A DNA stretch of 64,000 nucleotides from a virus. Its lineage: Duplodnaviria > Caudoviricetes. The stretch's first letter is position 1. Every line of letters starts with the position of its first letter. Below are positions 25,845 through 32,515 of the stretch, one piece after another. The DNA lies in IMG/VR virus record IMGVR_UViG_3300033121_000370, positions 1 through 64,000 of that record; one strand, 5' to 3'. The notes beneath the pieces were generated by a model. That model had not been told where the DNA came from and ran no database searches. It saw only the letters and a program-made list of their open reading frames with translations. The position numbers and the translations under genes were made by a program.

Positions 25845-26135
25845 ATTCTGACCTAGGCGGCTCATTGACCTAGGCAGCGGGGCTCTACGACGGAGCTGAC
25901 ACAGAAGGGTTATTACCAGAGCTAGCCCCCTTCCGCTACAGGGAACAGGCCTGTCCGGTACGCCAGTAAGCCGGGAAGATTAGAGGTGGAACTGCAAGCG
26001 ATATTATTCGCGACTGCTGACCAACTCTTCCAAGGACCTCCCTCTCTAGAAGCAGTAGAGTGAGTTGGTATCTACAGAGGACCAGTGCACGGGTAGCCTC
26101 GACTGAGTAATTCCAACGGGAAGGCATTTTACTAG
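25845..26135 (+). ncRNA. further non-coding structured segment
   Basis: no plus-strand ORF; TGACCTAGGC direct repeat; ACCAACTC/GAGTTGGT stem. Confidence 0.35.
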
Positions 26136-26149
26136 GAGAGCTCATTATT

Positions 26150-26263
26150 ATGAAGAAGAAACCTAGTGTAGTAGCTAAGAACTTAGCTTCCCCTAGATAC
26201 CATCAAAGGGTGGTGCCTAACAAGAAGAAAGAAGTTAAACCTGAGATAACTGAGGAGGACTAA
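26150..26263 (+). CDS. 37-aa basic peptide
   Basis: AGGAG RBS; MKKKPSVVAKNLASPRYHQRVVPNKKK; not in the ORF track. Confidence 0.6.
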   Translation: MKKKPSVVAKNLASPRYHQRVVPNKKKEVKPEITEED

Positions 26264-26266
26264 CTA

Positions 26267-26572
26267 ATGCTATCACCACTTCAAACTGCCTATATCTCTC
26301 AGCCTAGAATTTCCAAGACTGACGGTGGGGATTATTTCTGCGTAGGTTACGTCTACGGAGATACTAAGGGGCGTTTCCTAGATGGAACCTTAATTCACAC
26401 CAGTAAGCTGGAGAAGATAGACCTAAGAAGCGGGTCTATAGATACTCTTAATTCTATTTACCGGATTGCTAGCGAGGCCGAAATTGCAACCTACCTACAG
26501 GCTAATAGAAATGGCAACGGCTGTAGCACTCACGTCTGCCGGTGTGGGCGGAAAGACTCATCAGACGTTTAG
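26267..26572 (+). CDS. hypothetical protein
   Basis: GAGGAGG RBS; GYVYGDTKGRFLDGTLIHTS. Confidence 0.6.
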   Translation: MLSPLQTAYISQPRISKTDGGDYFCVGYVYGDTKGRFLDGTLIHTSKLEKIDLRSGSIDTLNSIYRIASEAEIATYLQANRNGNGCSTHVCRCGRKDSSDV

Positions 26573-26867
26573 ACTAGGCTGTGTACTATACGACCGAAAG
26601 GGCCGTGTAGTCAAGGCCAAGGTAAACTCCCTGAAAACTCATCCAAAGATGGCCAAGCTAACCCCTTGGCCTTTTCTACATGCGGAACAGGCGTGTATCC
26701 TTAGCCAAGGCGTAGACAACTGCGAAGGCCTGAGCTTGTTGGTTGTCCGGGTGCGGAGGGATGGCAGCTACGGTATGGCTGAGCCGTGCGTTGTGTGCAA
26801 GAAATTAATAGAGGCAGCTGGAATAACTAATGTTCACTGGAGCACCCCGGAGTGGAGCGCTCGTTAA
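26511..26867 (+). CDS. Zn-dependent CMP/dCMP-type deaminase-fold protein
   Basis: HAE and PCVVC motifs. Confidence 0.8.
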   Translation: MATAVALTSAGVGGKTHQTFRLGCVLYDRKGRVVKAKVNSLKTHPKMAKLTPWPFLHAEQACILSQGVDNCEGLSLLVVRVRRDGSYGMAEPCVVCKKLIEAAGITNVHWSTPEWSAR

Positions 26868-26880
26868 AGAAGGCTAAATT

Positions 26881-27345
26881 ATGGGAACGTATAGTTTTAG
26901 GAAGGACCTGGAGAAATCCAAGGCCTCAGTAGTTGAAGCAGCCAAGCGCCTAGAGGAGGCAGAGTTTCTAGATGGCTTGTTCTTTGTTAAAGAGATTCGG
27001 GACAACTCGGCTGACCTTATTATTCACAATCCTTGGACAGAAGAAACCAAGCTTGTGGAGGTAAAGGAAGACTTCTACTGCAAGAAGTCAGGCAACGTAG
27101 CTCTTGAAGTAGAGTGCCGTGGTAAGCCATCTGGACTAGCAGCTAGCCTAGCTGACTACTGGATGTATAAGATTCACCAGCCGGACTCTACAGTTTTCTG
27201 GGGCTTGGTGCCTATCCAAGACCTGTTCCGGGCTATCCGGGATAAGGTATTCCTCCGGGAAGTAGTAGGAGGAGACAAGGGCTCAAGTACTCGTATGTAC
27301 TTGTTTAGCTTGGATGATTTCAAGGCCCTTTGTAATGAAGTTTAA
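26881..27345 (+). CDS. PD-(D/E)xK-like nuclease
   Basis: ADL..VEVKED..SGNVALE..KPSGL..ADYW. Confidence 0.6.
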   Translation: MGTYSFRKDLEKSKASVVEAAKRLEEAEFLDGLFFVKEIRDNSADLIIHNPWTEETKLVEVKEDFYCKKSGNVALEVECRGKPSGLAASLADYWMYKIHQPDSTVFWGLVPIQDLFRAIRDKVFLREVVGGDKGSSTRMYLFSLDDFKALCNEV

Positions 27346-27375
27346 CCTTAGTAGATAGAGAAGGAGAGAGCAAAG

Positions 27376-27924
27376 ATGACGCTGTTTGCCGAGTTTCCTA
27401 AGATTTATCGCTTCTGGGAGCAAGATATTGTTGTAACCGAGAAGATTGATGGGACTAATGGCCTTATTCTTATCAACGAAGACCTGTCCGAGGTAAAGGC
27501 TGGTTCTCGCTCTAGGTTTATTACACCAACAAACGATAATTATGGATTTGCCAAGTGGGTCGAAGATAACAAGGAAGAGCTGAGAAAGCTTGGGCCGGGC
27601 TACCACTACGGAGAATGGTGGGGCCAGGGTATCCAGCGGGGGTATCGTATGCCGAGAAAGGTATTTAGCCTCTTTAATGTCCACCGTTGGTCCGACCCTC
27701 TGGTTAGGCCTAGCTGCTGTGACGTTGTACCTGTGGTATACCAAGGACTCATTCAGGGTTATCTGGAGAAGTTCCCTAACTACACAGCTGTTCCGAGCAC
27801 CTCGCCCGCAGCAGACCGTTATGGCGTAACGTTTACTGACGTTGAAGGTCTTATGCTTTACTTTACGAAGTCTGGGACGTACATGAAGCACCTAAAGAAG
27901 CCAGGCCACAAGGAGGAGAAGTAA
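27376..27924 (+). CDS. ATP-dependent RNA ligase, Rnl2-like adenylation domain only
   Basis: TEKIDGTN (motif I), YGEWWGQGIQ, FSLFN, EGLML. Confidence 0.8.
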   Translation: MTLFAEFPKIYRFWEQDIVVTEKIDGTNGLILINEDLSEVKAGSRSRFITPTNDNYGFAKWVEDNKEELRKLGPGYHYGEWWGQGIQRGYRMPRKVFSLFNVHRWSDPLVRPSCCDVVPVVYQGLIQGYLEKFPNYTAVPSTSPAADRYGVTFTDVEGLMLYFTKSGTYMKHLKKPGHKEEK

Positions 27925-27929
27925 TCTAG

Positions 27930-28145
27930 ATGAATTTGTTAGATAAATGTGTAATAGCATTTGTGGTTTGCCTTACCCTATCTGTGCCCAGTTGTGTCGC
28001 GCACTCGGACTACCGAGCAAGTAAGATGGTGGAAGCGGGAGCAGACCCAATAGCTGCCATGTGTGCAACCTCAACTGCTAGCGCTCAGGTGTGCTCAGAG
28101 TATGTTTTAACCCGAGAAGAAGAAGGAGAAGTTAAGTATGAGTAA
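27930..28145 (+). CDS. small membrane protein
   Basis: N-terminal hydrophobic helix. Confidence 0.5.
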   Translation: MNLLDKCVIAFVVCLTLSVPSCVAHSDYRASKMVEAGADPIAAMCATSTASAQVCSEYVLTREEEGEVKYE

Positions 28146-28407
28146 TCCTATCCTAAATGAAGGCCAAGTGAAACGCAAGAGTGAAACCAAGTCAGACGGT
28201 ATCAGGGCCAAGTATACTCGGTACCCTTTTCCATTCATGGAAGTGTACGACTACTTCGAAGTAGATAACACACGCCAGACGGCTGTTCGCACGGCTGCTT
28301 ACTCATGGGCTAAGCGGAACGGGGAAGGTGTCCAGTTTGTGACCCGCGTTGTTCACAAGAAGACTAACTCTGAACCAGCGGCTATCCGAGTTATCCGGGT
28401 AGCTTGA
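28138..28407 (+). CDS. small phage DNA-binding-type protein
   Basis: YPFPFMEV..F..VRTAAY..IRVIRVA pattern. Confidence 0.55.
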   Translation: MSNPILNEGQVKRKSETKSDGIRAKYTRYPFPFMEVYDYFEVDNTRQTAVRTAAYSWAKRNGEGVQFVTRVVHKKTNSEPAAIRVIRVA

Positions 28408-28408
28408 G

Positions 28409-28702
28409 ATGGACATCAAAAGCATGTTAGGGGCCGTCAGGGACCTCTCCAAGCGTGAAGTCTTCCACCCTACGGTTGTTCAGTACTTGGGCCTTATAGA
28501 GGCTTCGGTAGAGCGTTTGGAGGGTAAACTAGTAACTACTGCTAGGGAGGCTAAAGATTACCGAGACACTCTAGTGTACGTCTTGGATTACTTCGGCCTA
28601 ACTGACAGAATGCACTTGGAAGACTACGCTCCCGAGAACGTAGCTTCCACAATCAAAGGATTAAGCAAAGATGCCAATGAACAACGAGCAAACCACGTAT
28701 AG
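28409..28702 (+). CDS. hypothetical protein
   Basis: tightly coupled ORF. Confidence 0.5.
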   Translation: MDIKSMLGAVRDLSKREVFHPTVVQYLGLIEASVERLEGKLVTTAREAKDYRDTLVYVLDYFGLTDRMHLEDYAPENVASTIKGLSKDANEQRANHV

Positions 28703-28859
28703 TATCCTACCGCACAACGTATTCAACCGGATGGTCCAGGCTACCCTAGAAGACGTAGAGTTCTTGCTGAAGCGTGGTAAGGTCCAGGAAGGGCTGGACA
28801 AGATAACAATCCTGAAGTCTCTGTCAGCAGCTAGAGCAAAGGTAGACTTTCTACCATGA
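28671..28859 (+). CDS. hypothetical protein
   Basis: overlap-coupled ORF. Confidence 0.45.
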   Translation: MPMNNEQTTYSILPHNVFNRMVQATLEDVEFLLKRGKVQEGLDKITILKSLSAARAKVDFLP

Positions 28860-29203
28860 CTAAGAAGAAAACCTATCTTAATAACCCTATTGAATTCGAG
28901 CTAGGTGTTCCTTACACAGATGATACCCTGGACTACCAGATTCAGTATCCCTTTGAGACACCTAGCGCTGTACGTGCCAAGAACAACGTGGGAGATGTCT
29001 TCAGCAATGCTGCTCGGTGTAGAAGCTGTGGCAGCTATGTACGCTCCAAGAACCGCCACGACAACCGTAGCTGCTCCTGTGGAGCTATCTCTGTAGATGG
29101 GGGTAGCTGGTACTGTAAGCGCTCAGGTAAGCCGGAGCTCATTGCCAACATGATTCTTATGTATAAGGATGTATCAGATGACGATGCACAGAAAAGACTA
29201 TGA
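28856..29203 (+). CDS. Zn-binding phage protein
   Basis: CRSC..SKNRHD..CSCG..VDGG. Confidence 0.6.
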   Translation: MTKKKTYLNNPIEFELGVPYTDDTLDYQIQYPFETPSAVRAKNNVGDVFSNAARCRSCGSYVRSKNRHDNRSCSCGAISVDGGSWYCKRSGKPELIANMILMYKDVSDDDAQKRL

Positions 29204-29522
29204 ACTCATAGCTAAGGTCTTTAAGAGGGCACGTTCCTTAAGCGAAGCTGTGGAATTGCTAGCGCCTGAGCTAGCAAGGGATAATCCTGCTTTTAATCCA
29301 GACAAATTCTTTACTGCTTGCCGGAAAGGAGTAACCGAGGAACCACGCTCTCTTAAGCCTTGTCCCTTCTGCGGAGGGAAGAATGTTCACTTAAACGAGA
29401 ACTATGAATCCTTCGGTATAAGGATGACCTCGATTTGGTGTGGTACATGCGATGCTTCTTTCACCAACACAATGGCAACTAAAGAAGCTACTATTAGCTT
29501 ATGGAACTCTCGCCAGGTGTAA
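29169..29522 (+). CDS. Lar-like restriction-alleviation domain fused to an N-terminal phage domain
   Basis: LKPCPFCGG..CGTC..AT..LWNSR. Confidence 0.7.
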   Translation: MYQMTMHRKDYELIAKVFKRARSLSEAVELLAPELARDNPAFNPDKFFTACRKGVTEEPRSLKPCPFCGGKNVHLNENYESFGIRMTSIWCGTCDASFTNTMATKEATISLWNSRQV

Positions 29523-29585
29523 TAAATAAGAAACAGTTGGGATAAATACCACGTTACGTTACGTAAGCTCACAGGAGGGCAAAGG

Positions 29586-30035
29586 ATGACCACAACCACT
29601 GACGCCGTTGAGGCGCTGACAGAAATACTACGTATTGGCGTAAATCCATCGTTTAGGAACCAGTATGGGCAATACGCCAGTTTTATTGTGGATAACATGG
29701 TTGCCAAGGGCTTCACCATCACGCGCCAGCAAGACTGTGTACCCAGTAGTGGCTGTGTTTACGCAGATATTAAAGCATACCCACCAGACGGACGGTGCAT
29801 TAATGCTCCAGCTTTGCGCTACACGGCAATTCCAACCGGACACGACCGTGGTTACATGGTTACAGAGCCATCCATGAGCGAGGCTGAGCTTGAGCGAGAG
29901 GCACGTAAGGTAATGCGCCACGCTTTTCCGTCGTATGTTGGAGGTGCCTGTGTTCAATCACAGAATAACTACAGCATTAAAGAGCGTAACCATGTAGCGA
30001 AGATTATCGAACTCGCCAAGAAATACAGGGGGTAG
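29586..30035 (+). CDS. hypothetical protein
   Basis: GGAGG RBS, 149 aa. Confidence 0.55.
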   Translation: MTTTTDAVEALTEILRIGVNPSFRNQYGQYASFIVDNMVAKGFTITRQQDCVPSSGCVYADIKAYPPDGRCINAPALRYTAIPTGHDRGYMVTEPSMSEAELEREARKVMRHAFPSYVGGACVQSQNNYSIKERNHVAKIIELAKKYRG

Positions 30036-30037
30036 GG

Positions 30038-30259
30038 ATGACAAGCGAATATGTAACTGGCAAAAAGCGGTATTGTACTGGTGATACAGAGCGCAAAAAG
30101 AATATTTGCGAAGGTTGCGTATATAGCCATCAGACTGATGAACACAAGCCGTGCAACACATGCTTTAACCCACCTGGTGATTGGTGGGCTTCTAAACCTT
30201 ATAGCAACTGGAAGCCGCGTGTCAGAGTGTTGGCTGCGACGCAAAAGGAGTTACCATAA
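30038..30259 (+). CDS. Cys-rich hypothetical protein
   Basis: CEGC..CNTC; coupled to neighbours. Confidence 0.5.
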   Translation: MTSEYVTGKKRYCTGDTERKKNICEGCVYSHQTDEHKPCNTCFNPPGDWWASKPYSNWKPRVRVLAATQKELP

Positions 30260-30816
30260 TGACAACCCCCGACCCCAAGTCCCCGCTGCCGGATGATGTA
30301 GAGAAATCACTTAGCAATGTCGCTTGCGGTGTAACCGACTATTCGGACTGCACGGTACTCCGCGCCCACGTTTCGTCCCTTTACGAAACCATCGCCGCGC
30401 TGCAAGCAGAAAAGATGCAGTGGTATCATAACGCGACAAATAACGCGGCAGAGTTACTCGCAGCAGAGAGCGAGTTATTTGGAGCAAATAATAAGATTGC
30501 CGCGCTGGAGGCCGAGAACAAGCGGCTGGTGGAGGCGTTGCAAAAGATAGCCACAACAGAATACCGCATCTATGACGGAGGTAGACCGTACACAAGTGAG
30601 CATAGCAGTGGGTACGCTTTAGGAGTCGCGGACGGCCATAGACTTGCCGCGAAGTGGGCAGAGGAAGCCCTCGCGCAGATGGGAGAGAAGTCATGCCAGA
30701 AATGTGATGGAGCCGGGTATGACCACGGTATAGGTGAAGGACTAAGGCTACAAGACATACCGTGCCAACAGTGCAGCGGAACCGGAAAGGTAGGTGAAAG
30801 ATGTCTACAGCGTTAA
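30259..30816 (+). CDS. coiled-coil protein with a DnaJ-type CxxCxGxG pair
   Basis: CQKCDGAG and CQQCSGTG. Confidence 0.55.
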   Translation: MTTPDPKSPLPDDVEKSLSNVACGVTDYSDCTVLRAHVSSLYETIAALQAEKMQWYHNATNNAAELLAAESELFGANNKIAALEAENKRLVEALQKIATTEYRIYDGGRPYTSEHSSGYALGVADGHRLAAKWAEEALAQMGEKSCQKCDGAGYDHGIGEGLRLQDIPCQQCSGTGKVGERCLQR

Positions 30817-31184
30817 AAGAAGCACTGGCAGTCTGGGATAGGCTAATAGAGGGTGAAGACTGGGACTTCCCGGAGAAGGTCAGGAAACAGTATAAGCTAA
30901 TTCGAGATACCGTAGAGCAAGTAGAGGCTGCTAAGGCTTTATCTATAGCTTGGAACGAACGGGCCGTTGAGGAAGACTTCAAGCGGAGGAAAGCAGAGAA
31001 AGCAATCACTTCCCTAGAGAAAAAGATTAAGCGTCTGGAAAAAGACAACATAAAGTGGCGGATTAGAGCTACAGACTATTTTGAGGATATTCACAACTTA
31101 CGCGATGGGTACAAAGTTCAGATTAAGCGTCTTACCCATGACCTAGAAAGCGCACTCGAGAGGATTAGCCATGTTCAAGTTTGA
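30801..31184 (+). CDS. coiled-coil hypothetical protein
   Basis: 127 aa, overlap-coupled. Confidence 0.55.
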   Translation: MSTALKEALAVWDRLIEGEDWDFPEKVRKQYKLIRDTVEQVEAAKALSIAWNERAVEEDFKRRKAEKAITSLEKKIKRLEKDNIKWRIRATDYFEDIHNLRDGYKVQIKRLTHDLESALERISHVQV

Positions 31185-31356
31185 AGATTTGGATTGCCTT
31201 CGCCTGGTCGCTATGCGAACCCGCTTCAAGGTAAACCAGAAAAAGAGAGACCTGGAGTTTCTTCAGGGTGAAATCAAGAGCTTAGAAGCTGAGGCTGACG
31301 GCTTGGAAAGACTCCTGAAAGACTGTGGTGAAGTAGCCTCCAAAGATTTTTCTTGA
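31171..31356 (+). CDS. hypothetical protein
   Basis: GAGG RBS, 61 aa. Confidence 0.5.
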   Translation: MFKFEDLDCLRLVAMRTRFKVNQKKRDLEFLQGEIKSLEAEADGLERLLKDCGEVASKDFS

Positions 31357-31381
31357 CTACTCAAGTCCAAGCTGTTAAGCT
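31353..31381 (+). promoter_or_regulatory. sigma70-like promoter
   Basis: TTGACT-N17-TAAGCT. Confidence 0.55.
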
Positions 31382-31400
31382 GAGACTTGAGAAACATATA

Positions 31401-31612
31401 GCTGCCTCGTCCGTCCCACACTATAGCGACAGGTTAAACAAAGGCTCTACCAATTCAGGCGGTAGACTGGGAATGCAGCAAGAACCCTGTAAAAAGAAAG
31501 CCCCCAAGTTTCGCTTGGGAACCGAGTAGCGCACAACTACGTGTGCTTGGTTAAAGAGGATATGGCAAGGAAACACACACTCCGCCTTCCCTCCTAGGAT
31601 AACCCTAGGATA
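31401..31612 (+). ncRNA. candidate structured RNA or leader
   Basis: GCTGC/GCAGC, TCCCA/TGGGA, TCTACC/GGTAGA, CCCAAG/CTTGGG, AACCGAG/TTGGTT; ACAGGTT can pair with AACCCTGT. Confidence 0.45.
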
Positions 31613-31707
31613 AAACTCTTAACCAGTCCCAGCGGGGGGATATAGTTACGCCTAAGCGCTTAGGCGCTAAGAGATTACAACTAAAGATTAGAAAGGGAGA
31701 TAAGCTA

Positions 31708-32268
31708 ATGTCCAACGTCTACTTTTTGGCGGACTTACACCTAGGGCATAGGGCAATCCTAGGCTTCAACGACTCCTCTAATAAGCCCTTGAGGGTATTC
31801 CCAGGCGGAGTACCCGAAATGCACAAATACCTAGTGTCTAAATGGAATGCTAAGGTAGAGCCTAGCGCTAAGGTTATCGTTCTAGGAGATATTTTTCTAG
31901 TAGGTTCCTCTAGTGAGCCTGGCTACAAGGAACGCCTAGACGAGGTAGCAGAAGTACTTAGAAGCCTGAATGGAGCTACTAAGGTCCTAGTTATGGGTAA
32001 CCATGATGTAGACCCTTCGAAGCATCCTCTTCTGAAGGAAATCTTTCAGGTACACCTAGGTTGCTACCAGTTTAAGAGAGCCATCTGTACACATATTCCG
32101 GTACATCCTGGCTCTCTAGAAGGGCGCTTCGACTACAACATCCACGGCCACCTTCACACTTACCAGGTGAAGGATACTTTAGGTAATCCAGACCCTAGGT
32201 ACATTAACGTAGCCGTAGAGCAACTAGACTACACACCTAAGACTTATGAGGAGCTTACCAGCAGATGA
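31708..32268 (+). CDS. calcineurin-like metallophosphoesterase
   Basis: DLHLGH, LGD, GNHD, HIP, HGHLH motifs. Confidence 0.9.
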   Translation: MSNVYFLADLHLGHRAILGFNDSSNKPLRVFPGGVPEMHKYLVSKWNAKVEPSAKVIVLGDIFLVGSSSEPGYKERLDEVAEVLRSLNGATKVLVMGNHDVDPSKHPLLKEIFQVHLGCYQFKRAICTHIPVHPGSLEGRFDYNIHGHLHTYQVKDTLGNPDPRYINVAVEQLDYTPKTYEELTSR

Positions 32269-32435
32269 AGAAGTTACTAAGTGAAGAAGCTAAGGATGCC
32301 TCGGTAATCCTTATTCTGTTTGTAGGTGCTTTGTACCTCTTAGGCTGGGCTGCCTTTCACTCCCCAAAGGGAGGGCTGCCTAAGCCATCAACTGTAGTTT
32401 GTCAAGCATCGACTAATAGCGGGTTGGAGAAGTAG
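32265..32435 (+). CDS. small membrane protein overlapping the tRNA 5' end
   Basis: ATGA-coupled; VILILFVGALYLLGWAAF. Confidence 0.45.
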   Translation: MKKLLSEEAKDASVILILFVGALYLLGWAAFHSPKGGLPKPSTVVCQASTNSGLEK

Positions 32436-32492
32436 TATCTCGTCAGGCCCATAACCTGAAGACCACTGGTGCAATTCCAGTACCCGCACCCA
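32418..32492 (+). tRNA. tRNA-Met (CAT), initiator-like
   Basis: full cloverleaf, A1:A72 mismatch, TCAGG-CCCATAA-CCTGA, encoded CCA. Confidence 0.9.
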
Positions 32493-32515
32493 TTCTAGCT
32501 ATAGAGGCTGTTTAG

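Noticed and set aside
25548-26135. Canonical or two-piece tmRNA
   Set aside because: The only T-arm/CCA belongs to a self-contained acceptor stem lacking G3-U70; the putative tag lacks an Ala-Ala end; kept only as a weak lead
30311-31051. 246-aa minus-strand ORF
   Set aside because: Antisense to two well-coupled plus-strand genes, with no motifs
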